Source of the DNA: Chlorobiota bacterium
GTDB taxonomy: Bacteria; Bacteroidota; Bacteroidia; Flavobacteriales; Flavobacteriaceae
Reading direction: 5' to 3'
DNA length: 64,000 bases
Assembly (NCBI GenBank): GCA_013153605.1
Contig: JAADED010000038.1
Span: 7,968 to 71,967 of the forward strand
Both the position numbers and the translations under genes were made by a program. The notes under the pieces are model-generated. The model did no database searches. It saw nothing but the letters and a program-made list of their open reading frames with translations, and was not told the DNA's origin. This document shows, piece after piece, positions 48,809-58,020 of the stretch. How positions within the stretch are numbered: the first letter of the stretch is position 1; every line of letters starts with the position of its first letter.

Positions 48809-49807
48809 TTAATCGGGTTGATCGGAAGGAGGATGCGTTTGTTCGGCCACGTCGTAGTCGCCGCCGCGCTTGTCCGTTTGGAGGATGAGTTCGCCGAGAA
48901 ATCCGGCCAGAAAAAATTGAATGCCCGCCAACAGGGCGGTGAGGGCTATATAAAACCAGGGCCGGTCGGTGACCAAGTGGGTGGGGATGCCCCGATACAA
49001 TTTGTAAGCTTTAATCCCCAAGATCACGGCGATGGCCAAAAAACCGATGAGGAACATGATAAGGCCCAATCCGCCGAACAGGTACATGGGACGTTTGGAA
49101 AACCGGAGAAGAAACCAAAGGGTGATCATATCGAGCACCCCTTTGATAAAGCGGTCGGATCCGAATTTGGAGCGCCCGTATTTGCGGGGCATGTGTTTGA
49201 CCGGCTTCTCCCCGATTTTATCGAAGCCTGCCTGTATGGCCAGGAAAGGGATAAACCGGTGCATTTCTCCGTACATGGGAATTTTTTTTACCACCTCGCG
49301 GCGGTAGGCTTTGAGTCCGCAATTGAAGTCGTGAAGCGAAATGCCCGACACGCGGCGGGCGGCCCAGTTGAAAATCTTGGAAGGTAAATTTTTGGTCAAC
49401 ACCGGGTCGCGGCGCACCTTTTTCCAGCAAGATACCAGGTCGTACCCTTGCTCGCGGATCATGCGCACCAGGGCCGGGATTTCTTCGGGATTGTCCTGAA
49501 GGTCGGCATCCATGGTGATGACCGTCTCTCCACGGGCTTCCTTAAAGCCCAGGTGAAGAGCTTGGGATTTGCCGTAATTGCGGCGAAAGCGAAATCCTCG
49601 TACCCGCGGGTCCCCTTCAGCCAGGCGGCGGATGATCTCCCACGATCCGTCGGTACTCCCGTCGTCAATAAAAAGGATTTCGAACGTGTAACCTTCCTTT
49701 TCCAGCACCGATACCAGCCACCGGTACAGCTCTTCCAGCGATTCCTCCTCGTTCAGGAGGGGAATCACCACCGAAAGGTCTATGCCGCGGGTGTCTCTCT
49801 TTTCCAT
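48809..49807 (-). CDS. Family 2 glycosyltransferase (polyprenol-phosphate sugar transferase type)
   Basis: LSVVIPLLNEE, FIDDGSTDGS and MDADLQD motifs, plus two C-terminal TM helices. Confidence 0.85.
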   Translation of the reverse strand: MEKRDTRGIDLSVVIPLLNEEESLEELYRWLVSVLEKEGYTFEILFIDDGSTDGSWEIIRRLAEGDPRVRGFRFRRNYGKSQALHLGFKEARGETVITMDADLQDNPEEIPALVRMIREQGYDLVSCWKKVRRDPVLTKNLPSKIFNWAARRVSGISLHDFNCGLKAYRREVVKKIPMYGEMHRFIPFLAIQAGFDKIGEKPVKHMPRKYGRSKFGSDRFIKGVLDMITLWFLLRFSKRPMYLFGGLGLIMFLIGFLAIAVILGIKAYKLYRGIPTHLVTDRPWFYIALTALLAGIQFFLAGFLGELILQTDKRGGDYDVAEQTHPPSDQPD

Positions 49808-50301
49808 AAGGCCGTGAGAACCGAGGTGACCACTCCGATAAACAATGCCCCCAGGAGCGAGCCGGCAAAGGAGCCGATGCCGTAATAATCCTTACCTTTT
49901 CGGACCAACTCCATTTGCGCTTCGGTCAATCCCTGCTCCCGGGCTTGTTCCAATTGCCGTTGGAGCAATACCTCTTTGTATCCGGGATTAAGATACTCCA
50001 AATACACGTAATTTCCCAATCCCCAAATCATACCCGCCAAAAGGGCGATGAACATGCCCGTTTTGAGCACGTTGCCGAAGGTAAAAGGAATGCCGTTCTT
50101 TTGATGATAATCCAAGATGCCGTAGTAGAGGAGCAACACCATCAACGCCATTACCGTCAGGCTGACCAATTTGGCGGCCGTCGATTGAGGATCCAGGGCG
50201 GGAGTGACGAAAGTGGAGATCAGTCCCGGAAGGGCCATGAGAAAGGCATATTTTAAAAGTTGATTAAAATTAACATTGTTCATGAGCAAAGCGTTTTTCA
50301 A
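49780..50301 (-). CDS. DUF4199-like integral membrane protein
   Basis: 173-aa protein with about four TM helices, directly upstream of the GT2 gene and overlapping it by 28 nt. This pairing is common in Bacteroidota. Family assignment is from memory. Confidence 0.6.
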   Translation of the reverse strand: MKNALLMNNVNFNQLLKYAFLMALPGLISTFVTPALDPQSTAAKLVSLTVMALMVLLLYYGILDYHQKNGIPFTFGNVLKTGMFIALLAGMIWGLGNYVYLEYLNPGYKEVLLQRQLEQAREQGLTEAQMELVRKGKDYYGIGSFAGSLLGALFIGVVTSVLTALWKRETPAA

Positions 50302-50491
50302 ATTTAATAATTTCCGTTATAATTGTCTTGCATTTCCGTTGAGAAAAGAAGGCAAAAAATAAAAGAAAAAAACATTTGGTTATAAAAAATTTTTTATTTA
50401 TTTTTGCTAACGAGTTACAAAAAAATTTTGTTGATCTTTTGAAAATGACATATTTATCTTAAAAAAGATACGCCCTTTGAGCACATTCGAT

Positions 50492-50740
50492 ATGTACGGC
50501 AACCAAAATTTTCATAAAACCCTCTTTGACAAATCCTCCCGCAGGATATACTTTTGGGGTTTTGTGGCCTACTTCGTGCTTTTTTCGCTTCTCTTCTATG
50601 TATTGATCCGTTATCATATGGTGCCGGCCGAGAGCAAATATACGTTTTTATATTATGGATTTCTAGCCGCTTTGGCCAGTTTGCTCATTCCTTTGGGACG
50701 AATGATTCTTCACAAATTGGTTTCCAAATACCGCGGTTGA
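50492..50740 (+). CDS. Hypothetical two-TM small membrane protein
   Basis: 82 aa from the ATG at 50492, with two hydrophobic helices. No recognisable motif. Confidence 0.4.
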   Translation: MYGNQNFHKTLFDKSSRRIYFWGFVAYFVLFSLLFYVLIRYHMVPAESKYTFLYYGFLAALASLLIPLGRMILHKLVSKYRG

Positions 50741-50876
50741 CCTTTTTCGGTCCGTTCCTTCGTTTCGGGGCATCAAAGCCGTTTTTCGTCCGATGCCATG
50801 TGTTTGGAGGCAACGGAGTTGTATTTTTTGGCCTGAAATTTGTCTTTGGTGTTTTTGTCAATTAAAATCGTAGCGT

Positions 50877-52247
50877 ATGAAAACGAAATTACTCCTGCTT
50901 GCCTGGGTGATTATGCCCGCCTGGATGTTCGCCCAAAACGGCTTTCACTACAAATTTCTCCTTACCGACGCTTCCGGCTCGGCTTTGGCCAATGCGCCGG
51001 TGAACGTGAAATTTACCCTTAAGGACTCTACCGCCACCGTAGTGTGGGAAGAAGAACACACGGGATTGATCACCGATGCCCACGGAATCGGGCAATGTGC
51101 GATGGGTGAAGGCACCCGCCTTTCGGGTACGGCCGCCACGTTCGACGACATCGACTGGAGCGCCGGCATTACATATGACGTGTACATGGATACCGGTTCG
51201 GGTTATACGCCCTATGTAACGGATTTGCCTTTCCGGTTCGTGCCTTTGGCCAAATACGCCGCTTCGGCCGATTATAACGGATTGCTCAACAAGCCCGAAG
51301 TTTTCTATCAAAGCGGCACCACCGAACCCGCCACCGACGCCGCTCAACGTATCTATCGTCTCGGTTCGATATCCGTAGGCACCGATTATACCGATGATAA
51401 CGTGAAATTTTACGTGTTCAACGATGCTTCGGGCGTTCAATACGGAGCCGGCGTGAAGTTGGAAACCGCCTCCGGCGATCCGGGCAACAAAACGGGCCTC
51501 AGCACCCGCATCACGGGTGACGGTTCGGGATATTTGCTCAACCAATACAACGAAATCACCTCCAACGGCACGGGTACGCAAGTGAACTTCCGCAACGCCA
51601 TTTTGGGCGACGGCAGCGGCACCCGCGTGAACCTCTTTAACTATATCGGAGGGGACGGTTCGGGTTATCATGCCGGCGAATATACCTTGCTCGAAGGCAA
51701 CGGCGACAACTACCATATCGGCAACTACGTGCATTTGCGCGGCAACGGCAACGGCACCCATGTGGGCTTCAACGCCGCCCTTCAAGGCACGGGCTCGGGC
51801 GATAAATACGGCGTCTCGGTCTATATCGACCAAACGGCCGGCGGTACGCACTACGGCGTATATGCGTCGGTACCCAAGCCCGGCAGTTATGCAGCCTATT
51901 TCGAAGGAGACGCTTATTTGTCGGGCAAGCTCAAAGGCGAAGACACCGGCGACGCCGACCTGAAGCCCTATGTGTACGGCACCGTGACGGCCGCCGGCGC
52001 CGTGGAGAACGGCTCCAGCACCGACGGATTTAGCGTGACGCGCACCGCCACGGGCGAATATACCGTCCAATTCGACCAAGCTCCGGGTTCGGCTTCGGAT
52101 TATCTGGTCACGGTAACCTTGACGGACAACTCCGATTTCGGTTTGGTAAAAGTCATTCGCCGTTCCGGCGATTTCGACATACGCATTATCGACCGCAACG
52201 GCAATGCCGCCGACATGTCGTTCTCGTTTGTAGTGTATAAAAAATAA
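50877..52247 (+). CDS. Secreted tail-fibre-like protein with a Gly-rich 15-residue solenoid repeat
   Basis: Signal peptide MKTKLLLLAWVIMPAWMFAQ. Contains an ADYNGLLNKP motif. About ten tandem units end in G-(D/N/T)-G-(S/N/D)-G (aa 187-337), followed by AYFEGDAYLSGKL. Confidence 0.75.
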   Translation: MKTKLLLLAWVIMPAWMFAQNGFHYKFLLTDASGSALANAPVNVKFTLKDSTATVVWEEEHTGLITDAHGIGQCAMGEGTRLSGTAATFDDIDWSAGITYDVYMDTGSGYTPYVTDLPFRFVPLAKYAASADYNGLLNKPEVFYQSGTTEPATDAAQRIYRLGSISVGTDYTDDNVKFYVFNDASGVQYGAGVKLETASGDPGNKTGLSTRITGDGSGYLLNQYNEITSNGTGTQVNFRNAILGDGSGTRVNLFNYIGGDGSGYHAGEYTLLEGNGDNYHIGNYVHLRGNGNGTHVGFNAALQGTGSGDKYGVSVYIDQTAGGTHYGVYASVPKPGSYAAYFEGDAYLSGKLKGEDTGDADLKPYVYGTVTAAGAVENGSSTDGFSVTRTATGEYTVQFDQAPGSASDYLVTVTLTDNSDFGLVKVIRRSGDFDIRIIDRNGNAADMSFSFVVYKK

Positions 52248-52248
52248 G

Positions 52249-52734
52249 ATGATGAAAAAAATTCTCTATATCCTCCTCGCTTCGGCCGTAACTTGGGCGG
52301 CCTCGGCCCAGCCGGAGGTGTATAAAACCTCTTGGGCGCCCGGCGGCGGAAGTGCCTCGGCATCCGGCACGACGGCCGTCTTTACGGTGGGCGAGGTATT
52401 TACGGCCGAGGAAAACGGGCCCGCCACCCATTTGTCGGAAGGCTTTATCGGCCCCGACGTGGCCCGATTATTGGACCTGGAACAATATGCGCCCCTTCCG
52501 GGTGCGGAATTCTGGCCCAACCCCGTGCGGGAAACCCTCCGCATTCGTATCGCCGAAGAAGGGGAGTATGAATTATACGTATTCGACTTGACCGGCAAAA
52601 TGTTGGTGCACACCCGCTTTGCGGGTCGCGAAACGGCCCTTGACATGCGGGCTTTCCGCCCCGGATATTATTTGGTATCGGTGGTGGATCGCGCCAATCG
52701 TCGCATGAAAGCCGTCAAAATCCGGAAGATCTGA
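52249..52734 (+). CDS. Small secreted protein with a T9SS C-terminal sorting domain
   Basis: Signal peptide present. CTD pattern FWPNPVRETLRIRI...YELYVFDLTGKML...GYYLVSVVD...KIRK. Starts 1 nt after the upstream stop. Confidence 0.75.
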   Translation: MMKKILYILLASAVTWAASAQPEVYKTSWAPGGGSASASGTTAVFTVGEVFTAEENGPATHLSEGFIGPDVARLLDLEQYAPLPGAEFWPNPVRETLRIRIAEEGEYELYVFDLTGKMLVHTRFAGRETALDMRAFRPGYYLVSVVDRANRRMKAVKIRKI

Positions 52735-52759
52735 TTGGGTCATCAGGGTTTTGGTTCGA

Positions 52760-52792
52760 CCCGTCCGCCCTTTACGGCGGGCGGGTTTTTTT
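52760..52792 (+). terminator. Rho-independent terminator
   Basis: 10-bp stem CCCGTCCGCC/GGCGGGCGGG (one G-U pair), 6-nt loop, then a T7 run. Confidence 0.85.
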
Positions 52793-52843
52793 ATGGCGGG
52801 CACAGTTTTTGATATCCTCATTCCTTAAACCGGAAAAGCCGCC

Positions 52844-54301
52844 ATGCTGGCACTGCGCATCATCGAGAAATTGCTCATCATCTACTTCGGCCTATATTTG
52901 CTGGCGGACCTCCTCATGTATTTTTACGCCCTTTTTTACTTTATTTTCAAACGCCGCACTCTCCGAAGCGAGCCCGATTTTTCTTCCCATCCCATTACGA
53001 TTGTGGTACCGGCCTATAACGAGGAAGTGACGGTGGCCACGGCGGTGGAAAACCTGTTGGGCTTGAATTATCCTTCCTACGAAGTGGTGGTGGTTAACGA
53101 CGGCTCGACCGATGCCACTTTGGAGCGGCTGGTGGACCGCTTCGGTTTGCGACCCGTGGAAGATGCGCCCCTTCACGCCTTGCATACCGCCCCGGTGCGG
53201 CGAGTGTACGGAGCGCCCGGTCTTCCGTTGCGGGTCATCGATAAGGACAACGGCGGCAAGGCCGATGCCATCAATGCGGGCCTCAACCGGGCCCGGGGCG
53301 ATTATGTTTGCACCGTCGATGCCGACAGCGTGTTGGATCGTGACGCTTTGCGCGAAGTCATACGTCCCATGATCGAAGATCCGGCGGTGATGATCGGAGG
53401 AGGCCAATTGGCGGTGGCCAACGGCACGGTAATCGAAAACAATCGGGTGGTCAATGCCCGCATGCCGCGCAATCTATTGGTGATTTGGCAAATCGTGGAA
53501 TATATCAAGTCCTTTATGATTTCCCGCCTGGCTTTCAGCCGCATCAATGCCTTGCTCATCATGTCGGGTGCTTTCTCCATGTTTCGCAAAAAGGATTTGT
53601 TGGCGGCCGGCGGCTTTTTGAGTCCGCTCAACCGGAACCCTTACATTTTGGAAACCGTGGGTGAAGGGGCCCGTACCGTATGCGAAGACATGGAAATCGT
53701 GGTGCGTTTGTGGCGCTACAAGCGGGACCTCGGTCAAAAGGCCAAAGTGCGTTTTGTGCCCGAAGCGGTATGTTGGACCGAAGTACCCGAATCGCCTCGC
53801 AACTTGTTTAAACAACGGGCGCGTTGGCATCAGGGATTGGGGGAAACCTTACGGTATCATCGCGCCATGATATTCGAACCCAAATACGGCGCCACCGGCA
53901 TGATCGGGATGCCTTATTATCTGTTTTTCGAGTTTCTCTCTCCGGCGGTCAAATTGTCGGCATTGATTTTTCTAATAGTCGCCGCCCGGGCCGGCCTTTT
54001 GCATTTGCATTGGGTGCTTCTGTTGCTGTTGGGCATCATGGTGGCCACCGCACTCATTACGGCCACCCTCACTTTGATACTCGAATATTGGGCCAGCCGC
54101 CGGTTGCCCGCCATGCGGGATGCATTGCGCTACAAGACCTTCGGCGATTGGCTCCGCCTGGTGGGAGCCGGCATCGCGTCGGAATTTACCTATGCTTTCT
54201 TTAAAATCATTGCCCAACTCAAAGGAATTTGGCAATTTGTGCGGGGTAATGCCGAATGGAAAAAGTTCGAACGCAAAGGATTTCAAAAAATGCAAGCATG
54301 A
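52844..54301 (+). CDS. Processive family 2 glycosyltransferase (PgaC / cellulose-synthase-like polysaccharide synthase)
   Basis: N- and C-terminal TM helices. VVPAYNEE, VNDGSTD, DKDNGGKADA.N, VDADS, CEDME and QRARWHQG (Q-x-x-RW) motifs. Confidence 0.85.
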   Translation: MLALRIIEKLLIIYFGLYLLADLLMYFYALFYFIFKRRTLRSEPDFSSHPITIVVPAYNEEVTVATAVENLLGLNYPSYEVVVVNDGSTDATLERLVDRFGLRPVEDAPLHALHTAPVRRVYGAPGLPLRVIDKDNGGKADAINAGLNRARGDYVCTVDADSVLDRDALREVIRPMIEDPAVMIGGGQLAVANGTVIENNRVVNARMPRNLLVIWQIVEYIKSFMISRLAFSRINALLIMSGAFSMFRKKDLLAAGGFLSPLNRNPYILETVGEGARTVCEDMEIVVRLWRYKRDLGQKAKVRFVPEAVCWTEVPESPRNLFKQRARWHQGLGETLRYHRAMIFEPKYGATGMIGMPYYLFFEFLSPAVKLSALIFLIVAARAGLLHLHWVLLLLLGIMVATALITATLTLILEYWASRRLPAMRDALRYKTFGDWLRLVGAGIASEFTYAFFKIIAQLKGIWQFVRGNAEWKKFERKGFQKMQA

Positions 54302-55884
54302 AAAAGATCGGATTGATTTGGTGGATCACGGTTTTGAGTGTGTGGGGTTTGTATGCCCAAACCGACAGCGTGGAAGTATGGCGTGCACGCGGATATGAAG
54401 CCAAAACCCGGGGCGAACTCCGGGAGGCCGTTCGCTGGTATGCGCGTATTTTGGAAGCACGTCCTGGCGATTACGATGCCCGCTTGGCTCTGGCCCGCCT
54501 CTATGTGCAAACGGGGCGGTACGAGGAGGCCGAGCGGCTCTTTGAACAAATGTTGGAAGAAGATCCGTCCGATGCCGAAGCTCTCAAAGGCTTGGGCGAC
54601 GTGTATCTATACACCGATCGCTACGATTCGGCCATTGCCTATTACCGCCGTGCCGTGGAAGCCGCTCCCGATCATATTCCTTTTTATTTCGATTTGGCCC
54701 GCGCTTATGCCTGGGCGGGGCGATTGGACGATGCCGTCGCCGTGTATCGCACCATTCTCCAGAAGGACGATACCTATGCGGAAGCATGGCAGGGATTGGG
54801 CAAAATGTATTGGTGGAAAAACAAACCCGTTACCGCTCTCCGTTATTATCGCCGGGCACTTCGTTGGGATCCGGCTTCCGAAGAAATTCGCAAGGAATAC
54901 GAAGAGCTCCTCAAAGAAACGGCGGTGGTATGGGACAATAAATTGAAACCCGTGTACGAGGGCGAAGAAAATTACGAGATTCTCGCCTTGAGCCACGTGA
55001 GCACCCTCTCGCAACGGGTGACCGACAATTGGAGCGTGGCCGCCATGCATCATTTGGATTATTCCCGCCGCGATTTTTACAATCCCGATATGTCCGATAC
55101 CTTGCGCTGGTATCATTCGGCGGGTTTAAAATCCTCGGTGTATTTGACCGACCACCGTTTCGACATATACGGCTCCTATTCGGCCACCGACGAGAAATTT
55201 TCGTCTTACGGATTGGGTTGGCAATGGGATTTTTCCGCGGGCCGTTTCCGTTTCCGCCAATCCGTCGATGCGGGGTATGAGTATTTTTATTATTGGAACC
55301 GGGTGGGACATCACCGGTTGGAAGAACGTTTCCGTGCCGATTACAAAGCGTGGCGGGCGGAGCTCGAATTGCAAGGCGGAGTGGTGGATAAAGCTTTTAT
55401 CCTGGACGTGCCCGCCGACCGGTACGAAGAAGATTATAACCCCTTTTTCGGAGGGGGCGTAACCCTATCGTATCGCCTCTTGCGCAAACCCGAACTCCGC
55501 GTGGGAGCGGGATATTCCTATTTGACTTATACCTATAAATCCAATCGCTATTATTCGCCTTTGGGACGCCGATTGCTGGGGCCGGAAGTGAGTGTGTATG
55601 CTCCGCTGGGTTCCTTTTATGTCTATGCCTACACCGGCACCCGTTGGGGAAGCGAATATTATTGGGAACGGATCAAAGCGGGCGGTCCCGGTCCCGGGCC
55701 GGGGGGCAACAAAGAGGTCTTGCGCAAAGTGTATGTGCCCGTTTACAGCCTTTCGGCCGATGTGGAGGCGGGTTATTCCCGCAAGGCATGGGAAGCCTAC
55801 CTCACTTGGGGAGCGTTCGTCACCCCTTTTTACCGCAATATGCATACATCCGTAGGAGTAAAATATTATTTTTTCCGCAAATAA
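54298..55884 (+). CDS. TPR-repeat plus predicted outer-membrane beta-barrel protein (PgaA/BcsC-like exporter)
   Basis: ATGA overlap with the synthase gene. Signal peptide present. About five TPR units (aa 25-200). The C-terminal half has alternating aromatic/Gly strands and ends VGVKYYFFRK. Confidence 0.7.
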   Translation: MKKIGLIWWITVLSVWGLYAQTDSVEVWRARGYEAKTRGELREAVRWYARILEARPGDYDARLALARLYVQTGRYEEAERLFEQMLEEDPSDAEALKGLGDVYLYTDRYDSAIAYYRRAVEAAPDHIPFYFDLARAYAWAGRLDDAVAVYRTILQKDDTYAEAWQGLGKMYWWKNKPVTALRYYRRALRWDPASEEIRKEYEELLKETAVVWDNKLKPVYEGEENYEILALSHVSTLSQRVTDNWSVAAMHHLDYSRRDFYNPDMSDTLRWYHSAGLKSSVYLTDHRFDIYGSYSATDEKFSSYGLGWQWDFSAGRFRFRQSVDAGYEYFYYWNRVGHHRLEERFRADYKAWRAELELQGGVVDKAFILDVPADRYEEDYNPFFGGGVTLSYRLLRKPELRVGAGYSYLTYTYKSNRYYSPLGRRLLGPEVSVYAPLGSFYVYAYTGTRWGSEYYWERIKAGGPGPGPGGNKEVLRKVYVPVYSLSADVEAGYSRKAWEAYLTWGAFVTPFYRNMHTSVGVKYYFFRK

Positions 55885-55924
55885 TTCCTCGGGTGAAGTA
55901 GGAACGGCGAGTCAATGAAGGAGA

Positions 55925-56830
55925 ATGCGTAACTTGCGGTCGATGAAAAAACAAACCTCCACGTCCGAAGCCCGCCCCCCGGTGCCGCGATGGATCGTAT
56001 GGCCGGGAAAGGTGCTGGATAAAATTTCCAAACCCGCGGCGGCGGCCTATATGCGTTTTTTCTTTAAACGCCCGCCTCGCCCCAAGCTCAAGCCCGAACA
56101 TAAGGAATGGCGGCGCAAAGCCCGGCGCGAATGGGTGGAAGTGCCCGCCGTAGGGAAGCGCATCCGCGTTTATCGATGGGGCGAAGGGCCCTCCAAAGTG
56201 TTGGTAGCCCACGGATGGGGCGGGCACGGCACTTCGTTGTGGAAACTGATTCGCCGGTTGACCGAAGAAGGGTATCAAGTGGTGGCTTTCGACGCACCCG
56301 CCCACGGCGAGTCGCCCGGGCGTTCCACCTACATGAAGGAATTTATCGAAAGCATCCTGGCCCTCGATCGCAAATACGGCCCTTTCGACGCCGCCATCGG
56401 CCACAGCATGGGCGGCATATCGGCCTTGAATGCCGCCGGCAGCCACGGATTCCGGCCCCGCCGGTTGGTGTTGGTATCGGTTCCCGACAGCATCGAAGCC
56501 ATTTTTTACAAATTCGCCGACGCTTTGGGCCTCTCGCCCGAAGTGGCCCGTTTAAACATTCAATACCTTGAAGACGTGTACGGCATGAACATCGATGAAA
56601 TCGCGGGGTCTCGAAATGCCGCGCGTACCCGCATTCCCGTGTTGGTGATTCACGATTGCGACGATAAGGAAGTGCCGTGCGAAGACGCCCGCCGGATTGC
56701 GGCCCGATTACCCCAAGGAGAACTGATACTGACCCGCGGATTGGGACATCGCCGCATTATTCGCGACCCTTCCACTTTGGACCTGATCATCCGTTATCTT
56801 CAAAAAACGGACGACCATGGGAAAAAATAA
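55925..56830 (+). CDS. Alpha/beta-fold hydrolase
   Basis: HGWGGHG oxyanion region and nucleophile elbow GHSMGG. The C-terminal HDCDD and GLGHRR are candidate acid and His residues. Confidence 0.75.
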   Translation: MRNLRSMKKQTSTSEARPPVPRWIVWPGKVLDKISKPAAAAYMRFFFKRPPRPKLKPEHKEWRRKARREWVEVPAVGKRIRVYRWGEGPSKVLVAHGWGGHGTSLWKLIRRLTEEGYQVVAFDAPAHGESPGRSTYMKEFIESILALDRKYGPFDAAIGHSMGGISALNAAGSHGFRPRRLVLVSVPDSIEAIFYKFADALGLSPEVARLNIQYLEDVYGMNIDEIAGSRNAARTRIPVLVIHDCDDKEVPCEDARRIAARLPQGELILTRGLGHRRIIRDPSTLDLIIRYLQKTDDHGKK

Positions 56831-57497
56831 ATTGCAACGGTTTGCCGAAAACAAAACCTTCCCCCACTTTTTCGAACCTACACGAGACGAATTGCTCAAA
56901 GGACGCTTTCCCCTACGGGGAAAATGGCGAAGCGATTTCTTTAAAAACGATCGTCCCCTCGTCTTGGAGTTGGGATGCGGCAAGGGGGATTATACCGTGG
57001 CATTGGCCCGCCGTTTTCCCGACCGCAATTTTATAGGCATCGACATCAAAGGAGCCCGCATGTGGCGAGGGGCCAAAACGGCTTTGGAAGAAGGGTTGCC
57101 CAACGTGGCTTTTTTGCGCATGCAAATCGAATTGATCGATAAAGCCTTCGCCCCGGGCGAAGTGAACGAAATATGGCTCACCTTTCCCGATCCGCAAATG
57201 AAATACAAGCGCACCAAACACCGGCTCACCAATCCCGCCTTTTTGGAACGTTACCGCCGTATCCTGGTGCCCGAGCACGAAATTCATCTTAAAACCGACA
57301 GCGAATTTTTATACGGATATACGCTGGGCATCCTCGAAGCCTCGGGACACGACATCCTTTACGCCCATCACGATATTTACAACAACCGCCATGCACCCCC
57401 GCTGGCTACGGAAATTCAAACCTTTTACGAACAAAAATGGCTGGACGAGGGCAAAAAAATCACTTATTTACGCTTCCGGCTCCGGCCCGACGCGTGA
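56817..57497 (+). CDS. trmB: tRNA (guanine46-N7)-methyltransferase
   Basis: LELGCGKGDY SAM motif, plus FPDPQMKYKRTKHRL. Confidence 0.88.
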   Translation: MGKNKLQRFAENKTFPHFFEPTRDELLKGRFPLRGKWRSDFFKNDRPLVLELGCGKGDYTVALARRFPDRNFIGIDIKGARMWRGAKTALEEGLPNVAFLRMQIELIDKAFAPGEVNEIWLTFPDPQMKYKRTKHRLTNPAFLERYRRILVPEHEIHLKTDSEFLYGYTLGILEASGHDILYAHHDIYNNRHAPPLATEIQTFYEQKWLDEGKKITYLRFRLRPDA

Positions 57498-57993
57498 TGC
57501 GGCGAAGCCATACCACCCATAACAATACCACCATTCCGTAAATGGAAGCGGGAAACAGCACTTTGTGGCCGAAGTCGAACCATTCGGGTCGGTAGCGATA
57601 GACCAATCCCAATATATAGATGCGGAGAATGTTCACCACCCAAATCAGAAGGACTCCCGCCAGGGAGAAAATGAGTTTTTGGCGTCGGGGAGCGGGAAAC
57701 GCCCATACGAATGCCAGGAAAACGAAGATGACGCTCATGCCGTTGCATCCTTCGATGATTTTGACAAACCACCGGTTCCCTTCCCGAATGCCGATTTCGG
57801 CCGGATTTTCCAGCGTTTGATATTCCGTTCGATATCCGGTGAAGCGGTAAACGGCATTGACCTGTTTGGCCGTGGTGAGGGTGAATGGATCGGGAGTGTG
57901 GCGGGAGAGGATTTGATTATATATGAAAAGGAATAGAAAATAAAATAAGAAAAATCGGACGACGATCAGAAGAAGTTGGCGCGTATGGCCCAT
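57460..57993 (-). CDS. xrtF: Exosortase family protein XrtF
   Basis: 177-aa polytopic protein. Contains the exosortase catalytic Cys block IIEGCNGMSVIF, the NILRI Arg and the GHKVLFP His. Size and pattern fit the Bacteroidota XrtF class. Confidence 0.78.
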   Translation of the reverse strand: MGHTRQLLLIVVRFFLFYFLFLFIYNQILSRHTPDPFTLTTAKQVNAVYRFTGYRTEYQTLENPAEIGIREGNRWFVKIIEGCNGMSVIFVFLAFVWAFPAPRRQKLIFSLAGVLLIWVVNILRIYILGLVYRYRPEWFDFGHKVLFPASIYGMVVLLWVVWLRRITRRAGAGSVNK

Positions 57994-58020
57994 AAGTGCG
58001 GTTGTTTGGGGTAAAAATAA

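Noticed and set aside
51435-51887. Periodic repeat region checked as a possible DNA tandem repeat or CRISPR-like array
   Set aside because: The periodicity is at the protein level (15-residue units). The DNA copies are diverged, there are no spacer/repeat alternations, and the region lies inside a continuous ORF.
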